Shown in pieces: positions 1 to 13,849 of a DNA stretch of 64,000 nt (positions within the stretch are counted from its first letter, which is position 1; each line of letters begins with the position of its first letter). The translations under genes were made by a program, and so were the position numbers. Source of the stretch: the human T2T-CHM13v2.0 reference genome, Homo sapiens. The notes under the pieces were generated by a model. The model worked only from the letters and a program-made list of their open reading frames with translations, made no database searches and was not told the origin of the DNA. The stretch lies in NCBI RefSeq assembly GCF_009914755.1, contig NC_060927.1; one strand, given 5' to 3'.

Positions 1-174
1 TCTCAGACTCTCTTTAATAATCAGATCTCCTGATAACTCATTTCCATGGGGAGGGCACCATTCATGAGGGATCCGCTCCCATGACCCAAACAGCTCCCAC
101 CGGGCCCCACTGTCAACACTGAGGATCACATTTCAACATGAAATGTGGAGGGGACAGACATCCAAACTATATCA
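1..174 (-). mobile_element. MST-family MaLR LTR, partial (runs off window start)
   Basis: ATTCATGAGGGATCCGCTCCCATGACCCAAACA...GGGACAGACATCCAAACTATATCA is the reverse complement of the MST/THE1 LTR start TGATAT(A/G)GTTTGG. Confidence 0.85.
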
Positions 175-681
175 CCTCCATACTGTTTTCCACAGCATTC
201 CCACCAACAGTGCACAGGGGTTTCAGTGTCTCCACATCCTCATCACACTTGTTATCTTCTGTTTTTGTTTGTTTGTTTGTTTGTTTTTTATAGTAGCCAT
301 TCTCATGAGTGTGAGGTATTAACAGTGTCTTTTGAAGATCAGAAATTTCTAATTTGATGAAGTCCAGTTTATCATTTTTTTTCTTTTCTGGATCATACTT
401 ATGGTGTCATACCTGAGAAATCTTTGTGAACCCAAGGTTACAAAGATTTTCTCCTGTGTTTTCTCTAGAAGCTTTTTTGAGGGAGGAAAGGGAGGTTTCT
501 ATTTTGGATTAGCTTTTGGATAAAGTAAAAGGCATGGATTAAAGTTTATTTGCATACGTGGATGTCCAGTTGTTTCTGCATCATTTATTGAAAAGACCAT
601 CCTTTCTTCATTGTTTTGCCTTTGAACCTTTATTAAAAATCAATGACTATATATATGTGTGGGCCTATTTCTGGATTCTAA
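175..681 (-). mobile_element. Old L1M fragment (ORF2 3' region)
   Basis: Antisense L1 phrases: cattcccaccaacagtg, ttgatgaagtccagtttatc, ggatgtccagttg...tttattgaaaagac. Confidence 0.8.
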
Positions 682-1864
682 TCTCTCCTTAAATTTTGAT
701 CGCTTTCCTTACTGTGAAGCAGTGTTAAACTTAGGATAGTACCAGCTTTCCCTCAGAAGTAAATTTTTGGTCATGATTTAAACAGAAGAGAAGATGAAAG
801 CGTTGGACAATCTGTCAGAGCAGATTTATTCTACATTTTGCAATTAGGGGGACTCTGAAAGGCAAGATGTAGGACTTTCTTCACTCTTTATTTTAGTCAC
901 TTACCCAAACAGATTTTGTATCGTGTATCTTTTTTTCAGGTTTAAAATTGGGGCTGAGAATTTCTTCTAATACTGAGTATACTTATACAGAAAGTTAATA
1001 CAAAAGCATAAGATAAGATAAATAAGCATTTGAGTTTAAACTGTAATTATGCAATAGTATAAAAATGATGACTGTCTTAATAGGGTGTCTAAGAGAATAA
1101 GGGAGTTGCATGTCACTAAAACAAAAATAAATGTACTGAAGCCCCAGCTCTGCAGAGAGGGCCTAGGGTCTTGAGGGTGTGTGGGACACCTTTCTGGCCA
1201 TCCAGAAAAAATCTACAGAAAACAAAGAAGTGGTTACACTACCCAAAACAAAAGGGAAGAGCCAAGCTTTTTCTCTAAGTGGCTTGAGTTCTATCACCAC
1301 CAGGTAAATAAATCAGGTGAAACTTTCCTAAGAGTGAAGTCTTCATTCAGGAAGTATAACCCAGTTCATATAGAGATCACAATTCTGATGGCCAACAATT
1401 TCAAGACATCACTTAGAAAATAATGTAGAGATGGCCAGAGTCCCAGAGTTGGCCAAAGACTGGACAAGTGGCTAACATCCTTTTCTACCTATCTGCCTGT
1501 CTCATCAGGGCTCTCATTCCAGACAACCTCCAAGGGGCTGCTGAATGTAAATTTCTAAAGCACAGCTCTGAAATGTTGGATTAAAGATGTTTCTCAGTGA
1601 CCCCCAAAACATGAGTTTCACAGCATGTAACCCTTCATAGTCTGGCCAAAGGCCACCTTTTGAGCCTCCTATGCGGGATTCTCCTTCTGTGCCACTTGTT
1701 GAGCCTAAACACCATTTTTTCACTTCACTGTACACTGTACATATACTGGTTCCTCTTACTGAGATGGCTTTTCCCTCATGTACCTGATAGGTGCTTAGTT
1801 TTCCTCTGAGATCCCCTCAAGTGTCACCTTCTCTTGACACCTTCCTGCAGTGCTTGTGCAGGAT

Positions 1865-2078
1865 GCAGCAAATAGAGTATAAGGATGTGGGCTTGGATTT
1901 GAATCCCAGCTATATCACTTAAGAGTTATGTGAACTCTGACAAGTTATTTAATCTCTCTGAGCCTTGATTTCATGGTAGTGAATACCTTATAGGGTTAAT
2001 ATGAATATTAAATATTATTTTATGTATACATATATAGTACAAAGTATATGAGCGTTTAATAAACATTAATTATTATTA
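1865..2078 (+). mobile_element. MIR
   Basis: Core ggatttgaatcccagct...gtgaactctgacaagttatttaatctctctgagcct, with tail aataaacattaattattatt. Confidence 0.75.
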
Positions 2079-2089
2079 ATACTATCTCT

Positions 2090-2240
2090 TATTTATTCAG
2101 TAAGCATTTCTTGAGCACCACCGTGCTATTCAGTCATTCCAAGTGCTTGGGATGCATGTGTGAATAAGACCTTGCCGTTGTATTTGAGGTATTTAAGCAC
2201 AGTGCTTTAAGAAAAGGATATATGCAAAGTGCCATGGAAG
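2090..2240 (-). mobile_element. L2 3' end
   Basis: ttattcagtaagcatttcttgagcacc...gtgcttgggat...gtgaataagac matches the antisense L2 tail. Confidence 0.6.
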
Positions 2241-2331
2241 CTATCATGTTTTTATGACTACAGTGTACCAAGTAATATTATATATATATAAAAATAAGAT
2301 ATATATATATATATCTTATTTCATCTTCCAA

Positions 2332-2472
2332 AAGCCTTAAGATATAGGTATTATTTTCTCCCTTTTACAGCTGAGGAAACAGTCTCAAAGAGGTTAAGTA
2401 ACTTGCTTGTGATGTAGTTATGCACCTAACAAATAGTAGCGCCAGGAGGCAAACCTAGTCTGTCTGACTACA
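2332..2472 (-). mobile_element. MIR
   Basis: Antisense MIR core: ttttacagctgaggaaac...agaggttaagtaacttgc. Confidence 0.75.
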
Positions 2473-2491
2473 ATGTAAAAATGAAGCTTAG

Positions 2492-2553
2492 ATAGTATTT
2501 GGAGACTATTACAAGCCCTTTCATAGTATTTGGAGACTATTACAAGCCCTTTC
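2492..2553. repeat. Perfect 31-bp tandem duplication
   Basis: ATAGTATTTGGAGACTATTACAAGCCCTTTC at 2492-2522 and 2523-2553. Confidence 0.97.
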
Positions 2554-2970
2554 AGATTTACATCTTGAAAGATGTATTTTTCCAAAAGATGCCACTTTTG
2601 CCTCTGTCATGGGCAGCATATTTAACAGAATAAATTCTAAGCTCACCCAAGATGACAGTCCACATTTCCTTATAATGCACGTTATTTTGTTGTTTATAGA
2701 ACAAATTCTGTTTCCTTGAATCTTTTTGTTAACCCTTGACTGTCTTCATAATCACTTGTGTACTACGAATCGTAGAAGTGAGAGAAAGAATTTGTAGTAA
2801 AGGTCAAGAATCCAATAGCATTTATCTCTGAAATTCTGGGAGAAATGATAGGCCTCACTCTTACCACTTACACACTATATCTAGGTGTATAACTAAATAC
2901 AAATGGAGTTTTGAGATGTTTTTAGAAGGAAACTGTGCTAAGGAGGCTCTTAAAGATGCTTGAATCTCAT

Positions 2971-3150
2971 TGTATTGGTCAGAGTTCTTAGTTGCAAACC
3001 AGAGAATCCACTTAAACTACTTTAGATAGAAAGGAGTTTGTCAAAAGACGTTAGTGGCTTATGGACCCTCTGGTGTAGCCTAAGAGTCAGATTTGGCCAT
3101 TTCACAGCAGGAAAAATGCTCAGCTACACCATGGAACTATTCTAGTGAAA
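2971..3150 (-). mobile_element. Old MLT1-type LTR fragment
   Basis: Begins tgtattggtcagagttcttagttgcaaac...agaaaggagtttg, like the reverse-complemented end of old MLT1 LTRs. Confidence 0.5.
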
Positions 3151-3408
3151 TATACTGCAGCTTACTTGCTCTTGAGGGGGACCAAAAAAAAAAAAAAAAG
3201 AAAGAAAGAAATGTACTGTGGCTCCTACCTGCTCATGTTTCAGCTTGGAAGAAGCTTCATAAGATGCTTGCTTTAATTAAACCTGGTGCTCATTTTCTAG
3301 GAACTATTAGAAATAAAAAGAGGCTAGTTCTTATAGGCCCCTTGATTCTCTTTAGGTATATACTCTTTTGAGACCTGTTTAGAAGAGATCATATAAATAC
3401 AAAATCCT

Positions 3409-4800
<1,392 letters not shown>

Positions 4801-5504
4801 TCCTGGACTCTAGCTGAGTATTAGGATAAAATTTTAAAAATATTACTGCCTTCACATACAGATGAACTCAAAAGAAGAGGTTAAAATGCAGTTATTACAT
4901 TTAGTTGGTTCTTTCCTCCAATAGGAGAGTATTCAGGAAGATTGCCAAAAAACTTGGTAATTGAGCTTTCCAAAGGGGGTTCAGGTGATCCTCAGTGACA
5001 GTTCAGGCTGTGCCAGGTATGCACACTGGAGCCACGTCAGACCCCAGTCTTAATATGTTTCTCTAAGGTGACCTTCCAAACAGTGTTCTACGTGCTTGGT
5101 TTGGAGCCAAGTTGGTTTTGTGTAGTGCTCTAGCCACAAATGGTTTAACATGTTCTATTTACAAACGTGTAGCCAGATAGTATGGGTGTCATCAAAAGAA
5201 TGATTTGCCAGTTCTACCTTGTTATCATGGGAATTTATTTTGGGAATAAAGAAACTGAATGTTTAGTCAGGGCCTTTATACAAAGCAAAGTGAAATCATA
5301 TTGGAAAGAGAACAAAGACATATGTGAAATGGAATATTAAGAAGAGTCATCTTAAAAGAAATCCAGTTGGACCAAGTGTTTGAAGACCTGTGGCATCCCC
5401 AGCACAGAAGCTCCACTAAGGCTTTAAATTGTTGGGATTTCCACTCGGGCTGGAGCACTGGCTCCCCCGTGGTCTAAGCTGCCACTATCACTGTGTCTTT
5501 AGTG

Positions 5505-5693
5505 TAGGAATTTTTAACCTGGAGTCCACAGGTTCCCAAGTGGTCCACGAATAGAATTCAGGGAGTCCATGAACTTAGACAAATATTACATCTTAATTTT
5601 CATTGACCTCTAACTAAAACATGGCATTTTTCTCAGTTATGAAGGTAGGCAACAAACCACTGTAGTACTTAACAGTGCTGGTGACTTTATCAT
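5505..5693. mobile_element. hAT-Charlie-like DNA transposon fragment
   Basis: tttttaacctggagtcca...gaattcagggagtccatgaactt...gtaggcaacaaaccac resembles recalled Charlie non-autonomous consensus; subfamily uncertain. Confidence 0.55.
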
Positions 5694-6116
5694 CATGTTC
5701 AAAAGAGGTTGGCCTGTGATTTTCCTCTCTTTAAACGTCCTTGTGAGGTCTTGGTATCAAGGTTATGCTGGCCTCAAACAGGTTGAGGAATTTTATTCTC
5801 TGGCAGAATTTGTGAACAGGTGGTGTTACTTCTTCTTTAAATACTTAGTAGAATACTTTAGTGAAGCCCTTTGGGGCCTGGAATTTCTTTATGGGAGAGT
5901 TTTCAAATGTAGATTTAATTTACTTAATAGATACATGATTGTTCAGATCTTCTCTTTCTTCTTGTATTTGTTTTGACAAGTTTCTTCTTCCTAGATATTT
6001 GCCCGTTTCATCTCTTTTCAAAATAATGAGTGAAAGTTGCTCAAAATATCCTCTTGTCTTTATAATGTCTGTAGAATCTATAACAGTGTCTTCTTTTTCA
6101 TTCTTGATATTAGTTA
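5694..6116 (-). mobile_element. L1M ORF2 fragment
   Basis: ttggtatcaaggttatgctggcctca, gtgaagccctttggggcctgga and gttcagatcttctctttcttcttg are antisense ORF2 phrases. Confidence 0.8.
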
Positions 6117-6119
6117 GGT

Positions 6120-6680
6120 AAAAATTGTAAACATTAACAAAACTCAGGGTCCTTAAGGGTTTAGGGAAATGGTCACTATTGATAGGAGTCCAAGTTATAC
6201 AACTTTTCTAGAAAACAGTGTATATCAAACATAAAATGTTAGTATATTTCATCCAACAACCCCTTTTAAGGAATTTGCCATAAGTAAATAATCTCACAGA
6301 AATATTCAACACAGGATTACCTATAATAGCAAAAAATATTGAAAAAAATCAATAGGGGACAAGGAAGTAATTAAATTCACTAGAATGCCCTCATGTTATA
6401 AAACATAGCATATTGACATGGAAAAGTGCAAGGGACATATCGTTAGTTACAAAAAGCAGGTTGCAGAAGAGCATATACAGTGTAGGCTCTTCTGTGTTGA
6501 AACATATACATCAATATAAATGAATATGTACATAGAGAATGGTTTGGAACCATGGTTATCAAAATTCTAACAGCAGTTATCTATGAGTGGTAGGATGTTG
6601 GGTAGTAGTTATTTTCTTTTTGCTCTTCTGTATTGTTTAAGATGTTTGCATGAGCATGCATCATTCCTACAAAAATAGCA
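6120..6680 (+). mobile_element. L1ME 3' region
   Basis: tacaacttttctagaaaacagt, ataatagcaaaaaa, tattgacatggaaaag and aaaagcaggttgcagaagagcatatacagt. Confidence 0.6.
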
Positions 6681-6709
6681 AAACTTTCTAAAGATCTTAG
6701 CAGTTTGCA

Positions 6710-7620
6710 AGATGAGAGGGTGGTAGGGGAGGAGAGTGTCAAAGCATTTTTGTTGCCTCCTGAGGAACAGTCAGGGAAGGAGAGTTTGGAGCTGTAAGAA
6801 AGAAGGGGTAATCGGCTGAGTAAAGCCCTTAGAAAGATAGGAGGGCCTGTACTCAGACACAGAAGTTACCCTTAAAGGGACAGGACAATATTTCTTTCCA
6901 GAAAGGAGGAAAAGATGATTGAAGATATGGAGAAGTTCAGAGCTGGAGAGAAGGGAAAATTAGAGTGTTCATAAGCCACGGCTTCTAATTTCTTGGTGAA
7001 ATCAGAGGTAAGACCATTTGCCAGGAGGTGGGGGTGGGAATCAGAGTAGAACAGGGGTCTTGAGGAAAGTGATAAGAGTCTCCAATAGAACTGACAGCAG
7101 GAAAGGGATTTGATGGGGTGTGGGCAGCTGAGTTGATCAGAGGCCTTACTGGAACTATAAGCCCGCATTTTTAGGGAGCCCAACAGAGCATGATTGGTAT
7201 GGAGTTAGAGGGTGGCCCAGCAGGCTTCACAGAGCTTCAGAGGATGAGAGAATTCAGGATACTGATAAGGGCAATTTAAATGATTGGCTTTAGAATCCAA
7301 ATCCTTGGGAGAAGAGTGAATTAGAGATAGTGCCAAGGACTGGATAATTAATTAATTAGTTGGAATATGGGTATCCAAGAGGCCAAAGGATAGGAGTTTA
7401 TGGCCAAAGTGGGGTTTCAGAGTTTGACATTTTATAGGAATTCTGGGCAACCTGGAGTTTAATAGGTAGCCATGGAAGTAAAGGAACGATCATAGAATGT
7501 GGGTAGGTCAGAGGGTTGTGTTGCTGGAAGTTTCAGTGTTCTTCCTCATGGATGAGAGCATTTCCCAGGGAGGTGACAGGAATTCTTTTGGAGAAGAAGA
7601 TTTTGAGGCAGGTAGAGATT
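6710..7620 (-). mobile_element. L2 internal fragment, highly diverged
   Basis: Purine-rich run with antisense L2 phrases such as ggcttctaatttcttggtgaa and gcagctgagttga. Confidence 0.45.
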
Positions 7621-8164
7621 GTCTTCAAGGATGGAAAGAAAGTTGACTCCTCAGGGAAGGCTTGATGAAGAGACCTAGTAGTGTCGTGGTGTGAGCTACT
7701 GTGGGGTAGCAGGAAGTTTGCTGACCCTCTCTCCCAAGGCTGGGAACCTGGACCCTGGCAGAAGTCTCTCTTCGAGGCTGAAGAGCAAAACCAGGTTTGC
7801 AGTACCAGAGACTGGCAGGAAAAATGATCTGGAAACGAAGAAGAATGCTCTGCAGAAGCTTCTTAGCAAAGGGACAAGGGGTCTGGGGTACAGGTGAGCA
7901 GGAAAAAAGATGTGAGAAAGTAGGTTCTGAAGAGAGACAGACTAGTGCTAGGAAGGGCTGATCTGCAAAGGGGTGGAGATTTATATGCAGGTTTTCCAAA
8001 GGAAATGCCAAATGGTATATTTCTTTTAATCACAAAGTAGTGTCTGCTTACTACAGAGAGAACTGAAACTACAGCCAAGCAAACAGCAAAAACAAGTAAA
8101 CAAAAGAAGCGTAAGAACTACCCACAATCTCAGGGTCCTGGAGCTTTTCCAGTTGACATGTTCC

Positions 8165-8600
8165 TCCCCTCCATTTCCCACTGCCACAGCTTCAGGTCAA
8201 GGCCACAAAGGCCACATTGCTTTTAGAATGAGCTTGTGCTCTGGTTCCCAAGTGTCTCTAACTGAGCCCCCAGGGCTGCCTGAACCCCACCCTTCACGTC
8301 CTACTTGGGCTGCCAAAGTCATCTTCCCAAAACATGACTTTTCCTCAGTCACTTTTCTTATTAGATTTTATCATATTCCACATCCCTTCCCTGGCCCTCA
8401 AGGGTGCCTGTAACCTAGAACCATCTTACCTTTCCACCCTTGTTTCCAAACCTTCCGCTTTACTTAGACATGCCTTCCCATTTCCCTCCCGACCCACTTC
8501 CCTCACAGCCTCACATCTGGGTCTCTGTCCCCTCACTAGGATGTCTGCCCTATCACAATGACCAGTCCCATCCAGATTATGCCAGTTGTCGAGGTCCCAT
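8165..8600 (+). mobile_element. L2 fragment
   Basis: tccatttcccactgccacag, gctgccaaagtcatcttcccaaaaca and ctggccctcaaggg are sense L2 3'-region phrases. Confidence 0.55.
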
Positions 8601-8925
8601 ACCCTACTTTAGCCCATAGTGATTTTTGCCCTTCCAGTTACTCATCTGATCACCCCTTTTAGGATTTACATTAGTTCTGTTCCAGTAAAGGCTTAGGTAG
8701 GAAGCACAGGATGTAGAGCTGAGTTGAACCTATTCCCCTGATCTTACTAATGAGGTGCCTGATATTCAGAGAGACCAAGGGACATCCCCAAAGTCAACCA
8801 GCAATCCATTAGAGCTGAGCCTAGTACCTTGATTCTCAGACATGAATGCTACTTGTTGAATTGAAAATTGCATTCATAATACATCTCTTCATAGATTCCT
8901 GGCCAGGAAGCCCCAGAGACCAAAA

Positions 8926-9112
8926 CAGTGGTTATCAATATTTAGAATATATCAGATTTACCTGGGGAGCTTTATCAAAATCCACACTCCTAAGCCCAAT
9001 AGGGGGAAACTCTGATGTGGTAGGTTTAGGGTAAGACCTGAGTATTTCCAAGAAAACCTCCCTGGATGATCCTGACACAGGGAGCTTTCAGATCATCCTT
9101 TGAGAAAATCTG
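8926..9112. mobile_element. MER5 (hAT-Charlie MITE)
   Basis: Starts cagtggttatcaa, contains atcagatttacctggggagcttt, ends ctttgagaaaatctg; about 190 bp with degenerate TIRs. Confidence 0.75.
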
Positions 9113-9587
9113 CTTTAGAGCTCATTCTTTGGTTCGGCTTTCTCTTTTGAGCTCACTGATATCATCCCTGTGGACACTGAAGCTTTTCTGAAGCTTTCTC
9201 ATCTCAGGAATTGGTTTGGGTTACTCTACAATCAGATTTCCATCCAGGATGTCACGGCAGTGGCTCAGTACTGCAGCCTGTGTACCTTCTCAGCCAAACT
9301 GGCCTGGGCCCAAGCTTGGGCCAGGTTATTTTTCAAAGTACTCTTGGGCATACTGTGACACAATATTGAGCATAGTAGAATTCTTGTGGGAAACGCTCCG
9401 TTTGTCAAGGTGTTTGTGAGCACCTTCTGAAGTGTGGATGCCTAGCCTCTGTGGCCTGCCAACTGTCTGCACCACAGGTTAACCAAACCCAAACTGTCTG
9501 CACCCAAGTAAACCCAATCCAAACATGAGCCTTGAGCTTGCCAAACCCCAGCACATGGAGACCTGGGCCAGGATTAGGAGGTAGAGA

Positions 9588-9852
9588 GGCAGTTTGTATA
9601 GTGATGAGGGCAAGGCTCTGGGGCACACTGCCTGGGTTTGTATCCCAGTTCCACGGTTTCTAGCTGTGTGACCTTTAACATGTTTCCTCATCTATAAAAC
9701 AAGAACTCAAACTATAAAAATAATTATATTCTACAAAATAAAAATAATTCCTAGCTCCCAGGATGGTTATAAGGATAACAAATCTATGCATGTGAAGCGC
9801 TTAAAACAGTGTTTGGCGCATAGTAAGTGTTCAATAAGGGCTTGCTATTGTT
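9588..9852 (+). mobile_element. MIR, near full length
   Basis: ctgcctgggtttgtatcccagttcc...agctgtgtgacctt...tttcctcatctataaaa...gcatagtaagtgttcaataa. Confidence 0.85.
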
Positions 9853-11499
9853 AAAATTATTTCTTGAAAACTGGGGTGAAATACTTAGACTGCAAAGAGA
9901 TAACTCAGTATGCGTCTGTGCAGTTATCAGTCTAAAAGTTATCAATTATCTCCTGGTTGCATGCATGAGCATAGATCCGAAGAATGACAAGCGATATAGT
10001 AATAGCTCCTCCAAATGCTGCCTGGACCTCTGAAGACAATTTAAAAATGCTAGGTATTTCCCAGCAATAAGGTCAAGCCTTGCATAATTTAAGAAATATA
10101 CAGCAATTCCACATTTTGGTGCTTTGATAAGGTGGCAGTTACATAACAGGCTGCAACCACGCAGATGAGCAGAGCCAAAGGTGGGGGAGAGGGTGTTCTG
10201 AAAAGATGTGTGAGTGTTGGAGTGAAGGCTGTGCGAGATGAAAGACATGGCAGCAGTTACAGTCTTCATAAAGTTTGGGTCTGAAGGATCCACGCATGCC
10301 CTGTGACATTATAAATGGCCTGACAGCAGGAAAAACATCTCCTGACATTTACTGTCAGGCTAACACCAATGGGAGGAATGAAAGTTTGCCTTATATTTGT
10401 CATATTACCAATGTTTTCTTATTCCTTGATAATGTTTTTAAGCTAAAAGTAAGATTGCATCAGTCTCTAAGGTGACACAAAGCTGAATTTGTCTCTAGAA
10501 TTTATATGTTTTATCAAACTTTTGCAAAAGACTCAACTTAGAGTGTTGCCAAAGCATCACCTTCCTGTATCACGTTGCCAAGTTAACTTTTCTTGATGCT
10601 CCGACTTAGTGGTGCCATTCTCCAAATTCCAAGTACAGGAGAGCCCTAGAAGGGTGTCAGAAAGCAGGTTGCAGTAGCTTACTTCTGTTTTTGGGTAGGA
10701 GATGCTGGTCCGTGAGCACTCAGCAAGTGATCCTGTGTGCTAACCACTAAAATACTTAGACCACCCTGTTTGAGTTGTATGATATCTCTTTAAAAGGGAA
10801 CTGACTGGTTTACATAGATTGCGTAGTATTTATCATAACATAATGCTCAGACTTTTAGAGACCAGAAAGCCAGTTTGTTTGGGGGACCATCTTTAGGCCT
10901 AGCATCATCCTCATCTCCTAGAAGTGGCCAGAATAGCTTGGTTGTTGCCCAACCTTTTTGGATATGATGCTGTAGCTGGGGGCCTTTAGATCCAGGGGTA
11001 AGGAGAGTGCTAAAGGGCACTGCCACCAGCCAGGGCAGGCTGAAAGCTTTGGCTCTGCCTCAGCACTTGTTAGCCTACCATTTTCCTTAGCAAGAAGCTG
11101 CTGTGGAATGAGTTCCTGGGAGTGGATGAGGCCCAGGTAAGCCTTGTTGGATTGAAATGTATAATCTTACCTCTGGGTCTTTTAAAATAAATCAAATTTT
11201 AATATTTACAAATGATAACAGAATTTGGAATGAAGATTTTCTTTTTATTGCTGCCTGTCCAAGCACCATGGGAGATCAGAATGTTAGCTTGATGGCTGAG
11301 TAGCAGGCAGTAAGCAGGGAGGCCTTAGCTAGCTGTAACTTTTATTTATTCATGTACTCCCTCCTCAATACAGGACGTGGACCACACTGTGCCGTAGAGG
11401 GAGGACGTTGACATAACACGATCTGACCTCAAGCCCTTATATATAAGGCATTAATTTGGATATCAAACTGTTTGAAATTTTTTGTAATAAAGTTTTTTA

Positions 11500-12762
11500 A
11501 AACTTAGCACATTTGAGGATAAGAAGGAGATCTTGGAAAATAAAAATATCACTAACTAAACAATTATAAAATGTAATAGAAGGGCTAGAAAATGAAATCG
11601 GCGGTTTCCAAAAGGTAGAATGAAAAGATGAAGAGACAGAAAATAGGGGAGAAACAACAAATAAAACTTTAAATGGCACATCCAGGAGGTTCAATATCTG
11701 GCTAATAGGAGTTCCAGGAGAACACAGAAAAGAGAGAAAAGGAAATTATCAAAGAAATAATGTGAGAGAATTTTCAGAACTGAAGGTCAAGACACTCTAT
11801 TTTGAAAGATGTTTTCAATCTAGAGGCCAATACAATGAATGGAAAAAATTAGCCACACCTAGGCACATTATAATCGACATCCCAAATGCCAGAAATAATC
11901 ATAAAAGCTTTTGGAGGGGGAAAACTTGTCCCAAACAAACTGATGAAAATCTGAATGCTATCAGGTTTTTAAACATCAATACTGAAAGCTAGAAGACAGA
12001 ATAAAGTCAGTAAAATTTGGAGGGTAAGTTATTTTCCGTTTAGAATTTTATATACAGTTGAACTTTCAATCAAGTGTAAAGACAGAACAAAGACATTTAA
12101 AAATCTGCAAGGACTGAAAATTTTGCTTCCTGCGGATTTTTTTCTAGGAAACAACCAGAATAAGTACTTCATCAAAATGAGGAAATAAATAAAAAACAGA
12201 GAAACAGAACCCAGGAGCCAGAAAACCAACACAGGAAAACAGCCATGAGAAGCCCAGTGGTGTAGGCCCAGCTACTTGGGAATTCCCAAATGATCTGATA
12301 TAACCGACCATTTGGAAAATCACACATGTGCGGATGCATGCACACTCAACGTATGCGCGCACACCCACACAGAGTTAAGGCAGGATATTTGGAAAAATTT
12401 GAATATAGATGCATAGAATATTAAGCAAATGAAATAAAGAGGGAATGTTAACTGTAAGGGAGTTGTACAAGGGAAAATAAAACAAAACTTAGCTTTTTAA
12501 TGAACAGTTCTTACAATATGTAAGGGAAGGGAAAATGTGGTGGTGCAAAAGAGCTAAAATGTAAACAGTTAAACAGGAAATTAATAGTTGAAGGATAAAA
12601 TAGAGAAATCAAGAAATGACAATATTAGTATATTTGGTTAAAAAAAGCTAAAAGCTTTGAAAGTGTTTGCCTCAAAGTAGTGGGTTTTAAAATTTTTTTT
12701 CAGCAATTTGATTTAAACCATGTGATTTTGTTTGTTTTGATAAAAAAGTAAAAGTTAAAAGT
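11500..12762 (+). mobile_element. HAL1 (ORF1-only half-L1), decayed
   Basis: tccaggaggttcaatatctggctaataggagttcca, gaattttcagaactgaagg and actgaaagctagaagaca; ORF 11762-11992 contains the ORF1p-like TPRHII; HAL1-type sequence follows rather than ORF2. Confidence 0.75.
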
Positions 12763-13849
12763 TTGACTGTGAATAGAAAACTCAAACCAGTATCATCCAA
12801 GAAGCTTTTGCCACCACAGGCGTCGCCAGCATGGTGGGTAGAGCACAGAGTCTCCATCAGATCCAGGCTCCGTGCTCTGAGGCTCCTCCTCACAGGATGT
12901 CCTCCCTGTCTGTTGGCAGGTAACTGGGCTATCTCCTGCCAGAGCCATACCAAGTTTCAGATGAGGTTATAAGGCTGAGCGGGAGTGTATACCTAATAAC
13001 AGGAAGGGAGGAAAGAGGAAGGAAGGAGAAAATTTCCTTCATAGATGGATTTAGAAAACGGTTTTGCCACCTTGTTATTGAGACAACTCCAAGGAAATTC
13101 TATCTGAAATCCACTCACCAGCGGAATATGGCATCAAATGACAATTCTACTTCACTGTCTGAAGCTTGCCTAGTATGACACAAGAGTATATCTCTAGGCC
13201 AGCCCCAGGGGTAGAGTTAACCAGTGGGCACACTAGGCTCTCCCATGCCTACCCTGTTCCATGCTGGGGTTAGGATATGGTTCTAGGCTGACTTGATCCA
13301 GTAATCAGTCTAGAGAACAGAGAATGAACCAGATTTCCTTCCATCCCTACCCGTTACCCAGGGAGTGACCTTTCCATACATCACCACCGCTGACCTACAG
13401 TACCTTATATATCTGGGATCTACCCCAAACCAGATTAATCCATGTCTGGGCTCACTGTGTGTCTGGTTATAATTGGACCACCCAGACCACAGTGATATTC
13501 AAGCAGCCATTCACTTCTCTGTACCCTACTTCTGTTGACCAGCACTGGCTGAAAGCAGTGGTTGTGAAGGAAAGGGCCCTTCTACTCCTACGCACAGGTG
13601 TGCAGGGCACCAGGCCAGCTGCAAGCGAGGACACAGCTGTTTGTGGAGACTGTGTGCATTAAAACCCAGACTGTCCTCTTTTACTGCAGGCTTAGAGTGC
13701 CGTTTTATAGTGGAAACTGTTGTACTGAATTCCTAGTAGGGAAGGACCCATTTGCACTTAAAATTAGTTTTCATTTAACCTGTTAATGGAAGCATTTTTT
13801 AAAAAGAATATCTTTCATTTTTCAGATAGTGAGTCACTTTCTTAAAATG

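Noticed and set aside
11762-11992. 76-aa ORF with a TPRHII motif
   Set aside because: Decayed HAL1/L1 ORF1 with stops and frameshifts on both sides.
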